A stretch of DNA of 64,000 nucleotides, taken from positions 844,747 to 908,746 of the forward strand of contig SMSO01000037.1 in assembly GCA_004764695.1 (NCBI GenBank), written 5' to 3'. The DNA is from Schizochytrium sp. TIO01 (Eukaryota > Protista > Bigyra: Labyrinthulomycetes). The notes under the pieces were generated by a model. That model did not search any database. It saw only the letters and a program-made list of their open reading frames with translations, and was not told the DNA's origin. Positions 40,308 to 52,145 of the stretch are shown in pieces. Each line of letters starts with the position of its first letter. The first letter of the stretch is position 1. The translations under genes and the position numbers were made by a program.

Positions 40308-41864
40308 TTACAGTTCTTCCATGGTGATATCAAAGGAGTCGTCAGACTCGAAGCCATCGTCCTCGCCGTCGTCCTCATCACCCTTGGCAGGAGCCTTAGG
40401 CGGCTTGACATCATCTTCATCATCGTCATCGCCGCCCTTCTTCTTGCCACCCTTCTTCTTGCCGCCCTTCTTGCCACCTTTGCCACCGGCCTGCTTCTGC
40501 AGATACTTCCACAAATCCTTGCGCTGGTTGTCTGCAGCACACATGCGTCTGACACGGGGGTCCTTGATCGGGTTGCCATCCATCTTAAACACGGTGATCT
40601 TCTTGAGCTGGGAGATTTCGGGCGGGATCTCCTCGATTTTGTTATTCTCTGCCATGATCTCCATGAGGCCAGGGAGCTGAGCGACCTCCTCGGGGAGGAC
40701 GACAATCTCGTTGTGGGAGACAATAAGGTCGTGAAGACGGGTAAGGTTGTCCCAGTCCAAGTCAAGGTTGGTGAGCTTGTTTTGGGAGAGGTTGAGGATC
40801 GTGAGAGCCTGAAGACCGTTCAAGGGAGAAACATCGGAGATCTTGTTAGATGAGGCATCCAGAACCTCGAGCGAAGTGCACTTGTTAAGAGACGCGGGGA
40901 GTGCCTCGAGCTGGTTGCGCGCTACCTCGAGCACCTTGAGGTGGCGAAGCTTGCCGATCTCCTCCGGCAGGGAGGTGAGAGCGTTGTCACTGAGAATAAG
41001 GGTCTGCAGCTTGCGCATGCGGGCAAGCATGCCTCCCTCAATACTGGTCAATACGTTGGGGGCAAGACGCAAGGCCAGGCGGTTCACAGTGCGCAGGTAC
41101 CAGAGTGCCGGGTCGATGGCTCCGGGAAGGTTGGCCTCCTCTTCGTCACGGACGACGCTGATCTCATGGACTGGACGCAAGGTCTCTACAGATTCAATGA
41201 CCTTGGAGACCTCCGGCCAGATAGGGGTAGGTCCTGGTGCTCCGTCGTCTTCGGTTTCCTCTCCGTCATCCTCGGCCTTTCCGCTGCCGTCGTTCTTGCG
41301 CTTGCCACGTCCCTCCTGTTCCTGAAGCATCTTCTTCTTGAGTTTGCTCCTCTCGCGGGAAGTCAGGCCGTCGCTAATAACATTTCCATCGTCATCCTCA
41401 ATGATCTCCTCCTCAGACTCTGCAGTCCACTCGTCGAACAATTTCAGAACATCGGCCTTCTGCTTCTTCTCCGCGTGGTCCCTCGCAGACATGCCATTAT
41501 CGTCCTTCAGCTCGAGTTTCGCATCTTTGAGCAGGAGGCTATACACAGCATCGGTTCTACCTGCAGCTGCTGCCATCATAAGGGCTGTACGCCCATTGTC
41601 GTCACGAATATCAATCCAACCTTTGCGTCTCAGCTCGCGGCGGCGCTCATAGTAGTCGAGAAGGGTATCGAGAGACTTGACCTTTCCGTTCAGGGCGGCA
41701 AGCATAATGCTGGTAAGGCCATCCTCGTTGCGGGTTTGCGCCTGCATACCGGTGTTCACGAGTCCCTCACGCACGTCGCGCTGCCGCTCCGTCAAGATGG
41801 CCGCCCAGAAGGCCGCCTTCTTCTGCTCGTACGTCATCTTATCTTTCTTGTGTGCCTTGCCCAT
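40308..41864 (-). CDS. Ankyrin-repeat plus leucine-rich-repeat protein (LRR resembles LRRC47)
   Basis: ANK repeats (GLTSIMLAALNG, GRTALMMAAAAG, GMSARDHA), about 8 LRRs (LQTLILSDNALTSLPEEIGKL...), a Lys/Gly-rich and acidic tail, and strong C/G-ending codon bias. Confidence 0.9.
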   Translation of the reverse strand: MGKAHKKDKMTYEQKKAAFWAAILTERQRDVREGLVNTGMQAQTRNEDGLTSIMLAALNGKVKSLDTLLDYYERRRELRRKGWIDIRDDNGRTALMMAAAAGRTDAVYSLLLKDAKLELKDDNGMSARDHAEKKQKADVLKLFDEWTAESEEEIIEDDDGNVISDGLTSRERSKLKKKMLQEQEGRGKRKNDGSGKAEDDGEETEDDGAPGPTPIWPEVSKVIESVETLRPVHEISVVRDEEEANLPGAIDPALWYLRTVNRLALRLAPNVLTSIEGGMLARMRKLQTLILSDNALTSLPEEIGKLRHLKVLEVARNQLEALPASLNKCTSLEVLDASSNKISDVSPLNGLQALTILNLSQNKLTNLDLDWDNLTRLHDLIVSHNEIVVLPEEVAQLPGLMEIMAENNKIEEIPPEISQLKKITVFKMDGNPIKDPRVRRMCAADNQRKDLWKYLQKQAGGKGGKKGGKKKGGKKKGGDDDDEDDVKPPKAPAKGDEDDGEDDGFESDDSFDITMEEL

Positions 41865-43542
41865 CTTGCCTGCTGATTGTGCGAGGCTGACGCCTGCTAC
41901 TCCTCTACTGCTGCCTCGCGGCCTTCCTTCCTCACTGGAAACCTATCCCGTTGAGTCCTTCCACCCAGCCTGGGCTATTCGTCGTCTATGCCGCGTCTGC
42001 GTCTACTGCTCAAAAGCCGCCCGCGGCAACCTCCTCGCGCTCAATAACTCGTGCGAATGGTCCTCTCGTAGCTAGTGGAAATCCTAGCAACGTGTAGGTA
42101 AAATAAAGATTATTGTAGAGATAAAATGGGTAAATCTTCAGCTTCCAATCTCGTCTTAGCTACACAGACAGTTAGGAGCTCATAGTCCACACTATACTAG
42201 TTGCTTAATCTCGACCTAGGTATGCATAGCACCAGCCTTAAATCAAATAGGCAAGTAGCATCTCACCACTTACGGGAACTTCAATCTCGTCAGATAGAGT
42301 ACATATCCACTCATCAAGAAAACTAGTAAGTTCATGAACAGAGCGAAATGAAACCTTTGAAGATTCCTTCTGTGCACAGAGACGTGCAGAACTCTTGTTA
42401 ATCAACATGTTGTAAGATTGCGAATGCTTGCTTGGTATAGAAAGGAGGTTATGAAGATGAGTCTGCGAAGAGTTGAATATTCCTTTGGCTTAGGTAATAG
42501 TTTTTGATCTAGCGCACGATATTGAGCGTGGTACAGAGAAAAGTAAAAAAATGTTACATTCATGTTCAACATGTAGCTCTGTTGATAACTGGAGGCGAGA
42601 TAACCAAAAAGAGGAAAACTATGATGATCTGACTGTTCATGTTCACAGTAAGTAAGAAACTGAAAAGCTACTAGTACTAGTTTGACCTTTTTTTTTTGTA
42701 TTAAAAAAAGGAAGAATAAGGCGAAGCTGGGAATGCAGTGACGAAGGAAACGTCTAGGTGTTACATGGAGATGATCTTCAGGATTCTCGCGTTCATGGTG
42801 CAGCGAGACATCGTCAATCGTCATGTGTGGAACCAGAGAACGAGCAAGTCTTTTGCATTTATTCGCTGGTTTGGTGAATCAGAATTTAGGAGGTTCTTCG
42901 AATTGACAAATGCTAGGTATGTATGCATGTATGTATAAATCTCCTTGTCGACGAGGCAGAGAATCTCTACTCTACAGTACTACCTACTACTCGCCTCCGG
43001 CAACACAAGTTTACCTAGTGTGGTCTCCCGCTGCATACGCATGTTTTGTTATTTTAATCAAGCGATCATAGCAGAAGAAAGCCACGTAGCATAGCATACA
43101 ATAGCATTCATTTGTTCGTCTGTTTGTGTGGGGGTGTTTGTTTGTTTGTTTGGAAACTGTCTATCTGTTGGTTCGTTTATTGTTTGTTGCCAACTTGAAG
43201 TGATTGTGCTTGCAGAAAAGCGAGTGATTGGTGGACCCACCTACTGACAACAATACTGACAACAACATTTAAAAATCAGGTTGGGCGGCGAGAGTGGGTC
43301 TATCATATTATTACCCAAAGATCTCACAGTCCGGCCAAGTGATCAATGATGGCCGAGGACCACCTGTGTGAAATACTAGTACAATCCCTCATACGTAAGA
43401 AAAAGTAACGAAAAGAGAATGAAACGGAGAAAGATTGGGAGGGAGCCTTTCCCATTCGGGGAGACTTCCCCACAAAAAAGATTCGAATTTGCAAGAGATC
43501 GATCATGATCACCCGAAACGCGAGTGCACTCGAGAAATTTAT

Positions 43543-44976
43543 TTATTCTCGGGCGCGCTTTCGGAGTTCCCTGAGTCTGCGCAGTGATTTGTTATCCTTA
43601 CGCATAAATGGGTGACTCTCGACCTGCGTGAGCGTGATTCGCTCCGAGGGGTCCTTGACAAGCATACGCTTAATTAAGTCCTTTGCATCATCAGAGACAC
43701 GAGACCATACCTTGCCGTCAAAACGAACCTCATCTCTTTGAGCAGCCCGCGCTACCTCAGCGTCAGATCTTCGACCTTCCAGATCGAACGGGTGAGTCCC
43801 ACTAAGAGCAACGTAGAGCACACACCCCAGGGACCATATATCGAGCGCCGAAGTAAGAGAGTTCGACTCTGTTTTGTTCTTGTTGTTGTATCCACTGCCG
43901 CTTTTAAGGAGTTCTGGGGCGCAGTAAGCAGCTGTTCCTGGCGCTGCGTCATCAGCCATGATAACAGTTGAGTCATCTTCATTGAGGGCCAACGCTGAGC
44001 CAAAGTCGCACACCTTGAGTTTGCCAGAGCGATCGATCAGGAGGTTCTCGGGTTTTAAGTCAGCGTGAACAAGACCGACTTCTTCATGGAGGAATCGCAG
44101 CGCACTGGTTGTCTGTTTGGCAAGGTCTACCACCGTGGACTCCATTAAGGGGCCATCCTCGACGATGCAATCGAAGAGCTCCTGGCCTGCGACGCGTTCA
44201 AAGAGAAGCATCGTGCTGTTTTGGAACGAGTGTTGCGCCTCGCCGGTACGAACCCAGTCAGCCATTTGGAAAACGAAGCTAGAGAGACTGCTTGCGAAAC
44301 TTTCCACCTCGTCAACCGTGGGCGGATTGATAACACGAATGAAGTGGACAATGTTTTCATGGCCTCCAGCGGCCTCGATTCGTTCAAGTGCATCAACTTC
44401 ACGGTCTGCCATGTGGCGGTATTTGTCCTGCAAAACCTTGACGGCTACATCTTGATGCGTCTCGAGGTCCTTGGCGGCTCGCACAACACCGAAAGTGCCG
44501 TGACCGAGCTCACCTTGGAATCTCAGAAGATGTTGTTGTTGCTGCTGCGAATGGTGAGAATGTTCGTCGTGGTTACTCAGCAAGTGGCCTGATGGCAGAG
44601 ATAGGGCAGGGTCTACGGTCTTGCACCTCGCGGCAGCGCCGAAGACGCAGAGCGCGAGAGCCACTGCTCCAAGGCTCACAGCGCTGTTGGCCCAACTGCT
44701 ATCACCCGAGCGGTCTTCGTAAAAGTGCTGCTGCTGCTGCTGCTGCTGCTGTTGTTGGTGGTGGTGATAGTACCCTTGACGCTCATTATTGCTGCGTATT
44801 GACTGCGGCGTGTGCAAGTTCTCCAGCCGAGAAGCCGCCCGCTTCGCAGCCACATGTGCGCGGCACGACCTCGAAAGAATCATCCTCGAACTACCGCGCA
44901 AGTCTCTTCGTCCCAAGACCGCGCGAGCTCGTTCTTGCAAAAGGTCTCTGCTGCCTGCAATAATTCCATTGCTCAT
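43543..44976 (-). CDS. CAMK-group Ser/Thr protein kinase with N-terminal extension (poly-Q, TM helix)
   Basis: GHGTFG, VAVK, HADLKPEN, DFG, GTAAYCAPE, DIWSLG and VSDDAKDLIKRML motifs are all intact. Confidence 0.92.
   Translation of the reverse strand: MSNGIIAGSRDLLQERARAVLGRRDLRGSSRMILSRSCRAHVAAKRAASRLENLHTPQSIRSNNERQGYYHHHQQQQQQQQQQHFYEDRSGDSSWANSAVSLGAVALALCVFGAAARCKTVDPALSLPSGHLLSNHDEHSHHSQQQQQHLLRFQGELGHGTFGVVRAAKDLETHQDVAVKVLQDKYRHMADREVDALERIEAAGGHENIVHFIRVINPPTVDEVESFASSLSSFVFQMADWVRTGEAQHSFQNSTMLLFERVAGQELFDCIVEDGPLMESTVVDLAKQTTSALRFLHEEVGLVHADLKPENLLIDRSGKLKVCDFGSALALNEDDSTVIMADDAAPGTAAYCAPELLKSGSGYNNKNKTESNSLTSALDIWSLGCVLYVALSGTHPFDLEGRRSDAEVARAAQRDEVRFDGKVWSRVSDDAKDLIKRMLVKDPSERITLTQVESHPFMRKDNKSLRRLRELRKRARE
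44728..44757 (-). repeat. (CAG/CAA)10 poly-Gln tract in the kinase N-terminus
   Basis: Read directly from the sequence. Confidence 0.9.
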
Positions 44977-46769
44977 TCGCTCCTCATATTACGAGCTTAC
45001 ATTCACTATATTACTTTTATTTTATTTATTTTATTTAAAATAAAATTAAAAGTTTTACTATCGCTGGTGACGCTGCTCTTTAAGTTCCTCGAGTCTTCTC
45101 ACTGATACCGCTATTTCTACCGGCCCGCCTAAGACTCCCAATACCCGCCCGCGCTTCCTTTCCAGAACCCTACTGCCTCCTACTCTAAACCTTAACACTT
45201 GTGGGCGGCGGCCTTTTGGTAGAAGTTCAGTGCGCTTCTGTGCTCTCTCTTTTTCTCTCTTTCTTTTTCCTGCTCAGCTAACCCAACAAATAGGACTGTT
45301 AAGTGATGCCATCTGTAAGACTTCTTCTTTTCAATTTAGATTAAAGAAGAAAGAATAAAGAAAATAAAGCAGAATGCTGAATAACAGATAAATTATGTTT
45401 ATGTCTACTAGTACTCTTCTAGTTTTGGGCCTATACTGTTCACGATTAATTAATTAATTATTTAAATTAATTTAAATTAATTAATCTGTTCCACAAACAG
45501 CATCAAACAAAACAAACAGAACAAACAAAACAAAACGCTGTCATCGGCAACGATTCTGAGGCCTCGAATTGCCCGGAGGCGATGCTCGAAGCTGCTCGAG
45601 GCCGCGCTCCTCCGTGGCCGAGCCTTCGCACTGCTCAACCCTGGGCCGCTTGCCTTGGCCTGCGTGCGCTTCTGCAATTCACAACCTCCAGCGCGCCGCA
45701 CGTACGTACAGTGGAACCGGTGGAACTGGAGTACCTTCGCAGTAGTTCTATGAATTCTATGAGCGCCAACTTTCGCAGGTTTCCAACGACTATGGTACCT
45801 CTACCTATCTTCCTAAGTGCGCCAATACAGGAACAGCCTATGTCCCAACTACGGCATACCCTAAGAGCGGACGGCTGTTTCCAACATTGAAGAGGGAGGT
45901 TTTTCGTTAAAAGCGGACACAGGGCATGCCACTTGTTGTCCCTCTCTGTCTTACGCGTTCCGTTACTAATTCCGCAGACTGCCTGGCGGTGACTGATTGG
46001 TTCTCCAGAGTTGGCAGTCCTACCAGTTTCCGCTACCTGCGCTAGCACCCGTGATGATGAGGGACCGGCGGCGCTTCCCTTTCGCTTTTCAGCGCCACTC
46101 GTATAGTTTCGGGTAGATGGGCCGTACAGTATCGCATCGTCAGCGTCGTCGTTAAAACAGAGAAGCGAATGAATTGGCAATGATCCGAATTGGCAATTCG
46201 AGACATGATCCAAAGGAAGAACCGGCGGCGATCGATGACGGCCAGTCGGCCTTCGAGGCCCTCCATCCTCCGCCTTTCCGGCACCCTCCAGCGCCCACGC
46301 AGTGCCTCCATCGCGACTCGACGCGGATCGCCAGCCACGACCCCATCCATAACTTCTGGCGCAAAGGATCATTCCTTCGCTCCCATTGCTATCTATCCTG
46401 AGCAGTGAAGAACCGCCCTTGTCCCGCCAGCCTAGGAGTTGCTAGGATATGCCTACTGCCGCACACTGCCTAACTAACTACTACCAATCCAGAGATTAGA
46501 TTCCCTCCTCGCACCCCTAGCAGGGGGTAGCGTTTACGGTAGACACAGCCCGACCCTCGCTGACTCCCTGCTACGAGTCGCGTGGGCGGTGACTCTTATT
46601 CTCATGCTGAGGCCTGCAGTGACGATGATGGAGTTAAAACAATTTATTGTTGTCACTTAAATTAAATTGATGAAGATAGAAATAAAAGTCTTGAAGGTCT
46701 GCAGAATCAAGTGGGAATAGTGCATACGTAACAGGCCGTAGCTAGTTTTAGATTTAGTTTCTTCAATCG

Positions 46770-46770
<1 letters not shown>

Positions 46771-46803
<33 letters not shown>
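46771..46803. repeat. (GAT)11 microsatellite
   Basis: Read directly from the sequence. Confidence 0.95.
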
Positions 46804-46804
<1 letters not shown>

Positions 46805-49800
46805 TATGAACTTTGAACCTGGAGAATGAAGAATCAATCATCACAGCACGAAAACGCGACTTGAGAGTTTATGATGGTGACGATGGCGATCAAGATGGCC
46901 TCCCTCACGGATCTTCGAAGATGAAGAACCAATCACGAAGACCGTGCAAGCCAGTTCCAGGCCAGAACCAGCCAGTCCTGCAAACAAAAGGACGCGGCGG
47001 ATTCTGAAGCGGCTACGCGAACCGCCGGAAACACGGAGTAGCAGGTAGGCAGGCAGGCAGGCACCAGCCAGCCAGCTGTCGCGAGGATGTGGGTGGTCCC
47101 GTGGCGGGGTTCTCGCCTGGGACCGTGACGCTTGTGGGATTGGGTGTAGGCCTGCATAGAAGGCTCTTATGTCATACTGGAGCATAGGCCAGGACCGTCT
47201 TGCTTGCGTTTCCATAATAGAGTGACGTGCGCGCGTGAGTGAGGTTCCGGGTCGAGTTCTCGAGTTCTTTGCCCTCAAGTTGGATGTTTCTGGGTTTTGT
47301 TGTTTGGGGGTGATGAACCTCAGAACAAGAGCAACACCAACATAAACAAGAACAGCTAAGTAGAGTAAAGTAAAGTATTAGAAGAGCAGCAACACCAACA
47401 CAAAGCAGAAGTAAAAACATTAAAAAGCAAAAACATTTAGTTTATCAAGACATAATATACTGGGGATCTCGGTATGGCGAGCCCTGCTTCGGAGAGCCTA
47501 TAGATCAATAATCAGCGCGAGGGACATAAATGCGAACAATGTTGTTCTTATTGTTGTTGTTGTTGTTGGCGAATATTCTACCTATACAACAGCATACAAT
47601 CGTTCAAGCAGCCCGATCTTTGCCTGCAAAGTCATTGTAGCACGAAAATCGCGATTGAATTAATGGGGGATCGAATCTGCTTATTCGTTGAAAGCTTGCA
47701 TGCATGAAATCGAACATTCCCAATCACGTCCCCGTGCCGAGTTAGTAAACAGCGAGGCAATGCGATTGTCGAAAGGTCCATTTATGCACATCACCATACT
47801 CAAAAACTTGAATTCTAGCAAATGCGGTATCGATGCCGCCTCGCATTTCTAACTTTCTACAAATCAGTCCTTTTTATCAACTAGGGGTGGTGTTGCATTT
47901 ACACCATAGCACTTCACGACACTTCAAACGGTTGTCCTGGGTAATCGAGCTAGATTAGTATTGATTTGCTTACCTTTAAACTCTACGTTGCAGGTGGAAC
48001 ACCACCCTAACATCAACGCCCCCAAGACAATGGAAACGCATGCGCAATACTACAGAATCAATATTATGTTCCAAGTTACAATATCGTGAAATCCGACGGA
48101 AACCCAAAACTGCAGCAATGTGAAAGCCTTCCAGTTTGATTAGAGATGTCTGAATGCTTGACCAAGTACTGCACCATCTAACATGACTATCTCATTGAGT
48201 CTTACCGCACTACGATAGTGAAAAAAGATATTTCTGCAGAATTCTGATGCACTCCAAGCGCCAGTACGATACTTTGATTCTAGTTAACCTCGATACAAAT
48301 AAAAGTGCAACCTTATCGAGCTTGGTTATCCGTGTACCGCAGAGAAGCCCTTGATAAAACTGAACAAAACTGAGCAAAATCAGACAAAAGAAGTCAATAC
48401 TGCATGCAGATGCAGTACACATGTTACACTTCATGTTGTGCGAATTAACATGCTTTATTTTTACTACAGCACGATAAGGTTCAAGCTAGAATTACGAGTG
48501 TCATGATGTAGGCACTAAAATCGATGATGCATAATGTTGCCAGAATGTTCAGATAGTGGCATAATACGTTTCATTTTTCTGACTTAAAAGCAACCAAACA
48601 AATTTACGTACCTATACTTTAACCACCGGCACGACTCTCATTGCGCCCCTTTTGCTACCATGGCAAACATTTCTTTGCGGGATCAATTTTGCCACCCCAG
48701 CAAGGCCAATCAGCTCCCTCAATATTGAATGTCCCTCTAGAGGTAGGTAGGTAGGTAACTAGCTAGAGCTAATTGCCGATAATAAGTACGGATCACTATC
48801 GTTCCCCATATTCCCGGTTTTGCGCCTTACTGCATTTACCCATTATATATTCACTAAATTAGCCCTTTAACCTCCCTTCTTATGAGCAGTACTATATCAA
48901 CTCCAAGAAACATTCTTAGTTATTTGCAGTATATCTATATAGGACTCGCTGCGCTGCAGCCGCCTCTGCCTTGTAGCCTAAGTCTGCGGCCATTAAGATG
49001 CTGACGAGCTTGAAAGAATAGGAAAAGGCAAGTGAAGATAGCAAGAAGCAACAAGCGCGACAAGTGCAGAATAGTTGGCCACAAGTGAAGCAAATGCAGC
49101 GAATGATCGAATAGTTCATTTGCTGCCACCATGGAATAAACTTATAATCAATCACTCACTCACTCACTCACTCGCTTTTCTTCCTTCATTCATTCACAGT
49201 ATCGCGAATGAGTGAATGAGTTAATTTAATGCTCTTCTGTTTTTGGCAGTGCGTACTATAGACTATATTGTTTGTTCTACTGTAATAAGTGAAAGTAATG
49301 GTGTTTATTCTTCTTTTGATTGCTTCTTTGTTGTCTTGTTTCATCTTCGTCTATCATCACTGCGTTTGCCGCGCTTCGATTGGCGCCCATTCGGGATTGA
49401 TCGCGCGGGACCTCGCACGGTCGGCAGTAGTAGAGCCCAGGGTCAGTAGCGTCGGAGTTGGACGCACGCAAACCCGCTCTTTGGGCGCGGAACAACGTAC
49501 GTGGGCTCAGAAGGCGACATCATGAGCTGCCATCCATGAGCGGCCTGGCAGCGTAGCTTATGGTTTGAAGGCGGGGAGAAGAGCGGAGAAGCCATGGGCG
49601 TAGGGAGGAGCCTTGCAGAGGCAGACTCAAACTCGTAGAGGTTCGGAGTTGAAATATGGACGACTGACGATAGATATACTTGATCAAACTATTGCTTCCT
49701 TACTTGTGCTGGGATATACATGTATTTTTGTGTAAATATGATGTCCATGCGAATCATCCTTCGGAATATCAATTCGTGCGGGCACAATACATTACGACGC

Positions 49801-50220
49801 GGCGTGGTACATATTTGTGGTCTGAAAACACTTTGTTCGTATGTGATCTTCATGGTTGGTTGACTCTTGCGTGGATGCGGTTATTCTATTTCTCGGGTTA
49901 TTTTTTTGGGCGACTCGCTGTGATTATGTGTGCGTGCAACGCGCTGGTCCGTCGTGATCACGATTGAATACATGGAAACTCTTCAAATTTTCTTCCTTGT
50001 GAATTCATGATCTTGCTGTGCAACTACTTGTGTTGAGTGGTGGATTTGATGTGCATGTGCGTATGTGCTCGTCCTACCTCTGCGGCTAATTATTGCGTTT
50101 GTAACGAATATGTGGAATACATGGGCTCTTTCCTTTACGGTGGATATTGATCAATGATTTGCGAATGCAGGTCAATTTAAGTTTCACTTTAGTCAGGTCA
50201 GACAACAAATACAGTATACC

Positions 50221-50829
50221 ATGTCTCTCGTTGGAGCTCTCCGCACCGCCTCCCGCGGCCTTGTGGCCCGCAAGATGGCCATGCCTGCTCAGCCCTCGTG
50301 GGCTGCTCAGACTGCCCGCACCTTCGCGGCAGGCCACAAGGTAGAGCCCACCTCCACCACCCCCCTTGTCCCCAAGCACAACTTCAAGCCTGGTGATGCC
50401 CCTCCCTCCGTTGAGGAGGCTGTTGTGACATTTACTCTCGTCAACGCCGACGGCGAGCGCACTGTGCTCTCTGGAGTTCTCGGCGAGACTGTTGCTGAGG
50501 TCGCTGCTCGCTACAACTACGACGAGCTTGCTGACAACACCGAGGCCCACCCGGTCCCCTCCACTCGCGTTGTGACCGACCTCTGGACTGAGGATATCTT
50601 CGGTGATGGCGTCATGAGCTACCAGACCCACGTCATGATCCCGCCCAAGTACCAGGCCCAGCTCCCGGAGATGACCAGCCAGGAGGACCAGTTGCTCAGC
50701 CTCATGGATCACCTCGGACGCGGCCCCCGCACCCCGGAGAGCCGCATTGCCTCTAACCTCATCCTCGAGAAGGGCATGGACGGCATTGTCATTTACGTTC
50801 CGGACCCATACCCTTGCAACGTCCCCTAA
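50221..50829 (+). CDS. Mitochondrial ferredoxin-fold protein lacking Fe-S cysteines; likely complex I ferredoxin-bridge subunit (C1-FDX/NDUFX)
   Basis: Arg/Ala-rich presequence and adrenodoxin-like blocks (VTFTLVNADGER...GVLGETVAEVA, THVMI...LPEMTSQEDQLL, PESRIASNLIL..GMDGIVIYVP). The C-terminus VPDPYPCNVP resembles that of plant C1-FDX. Strong codon bias. Confidence 0.75.
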   Translation: MSLVGALRTASRGLVARKMAMPAQPSWAAQTARTFAAGHKVEPTSTTPLVPKHNFKPGDAPPSVEEAVVTFTLVNADGERTVLSGVLGETVAEVAARYNYDELADNTEAHPVPSTRVVTDLWTEDIFGDGVMSYQTHVMIPPKYQAQLPEMTSQEDQLLSLMDHLGRGPRTPESRIASNLILEKGMDGIVIYVPDPYPCNVP

Positions 50830-52145
50830 ATGCTTTTTTACACAAGATTCCATCCCCAGAAATTTACCATTTTACCTTTCTATGTGAGTCATGCTCTATC
50901 TTAGTTCATATGCATTTCCTATCTTGCCCCAACTTGAAGTTACTCACAAATTTCTCAGCAATTTTATTATCGAATGATGGATACCTTGTGAGCTTTGGCC
51001 TCTTAAAAATACGAATTTGTGATAGATATTTGCGCTCATTGTCTTTTGCATAAAGTGCAATGACTCACGGGGCCATCTTGTAATGAATTCGCCATCTTTT
51101 TTTTAAAACCCGGATTTTTAATGGTTACCTGTGCTCATTGTCTAACATGAATTGCAATGACTCACGTTCTTGTGATGAATGCGCTGGCGTATCCAAATAG
51201 GAGGTATAATACCTTTTTCTTTAACTCGAAGAACCTCGCTATATACTTGAGACCTGTCGACAAAATGGTTTCAACTTGAGCTCTGGCACTATAATGACTC
51301 TCATCGCTCCGTTGAAAGGGCACCAGACATTACTATATATGTATAACTCTCCTTACTTAAATAAATCAAAGATCATTACGAGCAAAAGGACTTCTACCAC
51401 CCCACTTTCGATGTATTTGACGCTCTCCGAGTCTTTGAGATTGTATCCATTTTGCCTAATCTCTGTTTCATAGGGTTAATCGTTTTAGAAGTAAAATTTA
51501 CCCTTGCAGCTTCTTCCACGAATATTGAAGGACAAAGCAACTGGACGATGAACAATGAACCCTACTCCTTCATTATTTTTTTATTGCCAAAAGTAGAAAG
51601 GGAAGAGGATGAACTTCATATGAATTAAAACAATTAGTAGAAGCAGCCACAAAGGTTTCCACAATTTAATTTAATCTCTCGGAGGCTTCTTAAGTTGCCG
51701 TCATGATCGCTCGTTTCCACACGGCAAAGTAATTCCGATTTCGTCATTTAACTTTTACTAAACGTTTTAAAATTAATTAAAAAATAATATGAGAAATGAG
51801 GGTTCGACAAGCAATAAAATACACTAACAAAATACTTAATAGATATCTATATGAAACTGTAATAATACCACTTGTCTGCACTTCTTCGTCATCATTGAGA
51901 ACAAAGATCATCTCGATTCCGAGCGACGCTGAGGTATTTTAGGAATCAAGAACTATCCAACAGAGCCCAAACTACGCAAGTTTTGGGCGGTAGCTGCTGC
52001 TACACGGGCACCTGTTGCCCCGTATACTCGGTTAGCGCTGCCCATTCTTACTGGGCCTGCGCACTTGCTCTGAGTTGTGTTGCTTCTGCAGGGCTTTTGG
52101 GCTCGTTGAGGCGGAGGGAAGGACTCATTAAGCTTGAATTTGAGT

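Noticed and set aside
40941-41876. 311-aa plus-strand ORF
   Set aside because: Antisense shadow of the codon-biased ANK-LRR gene, with no recognisable motifs.
45635-46372. 245-aa minus-strand ORF in GC-rich intergenic DNA
   Set aside because: No recognisable domain and atypical composition. It cannot be supported as a gene, though a decayed element is not excluded.
50086-50853. 255-aa minus-strand ORF
   Set aside because: Antisense shadow of the ferredoxin-like gene.
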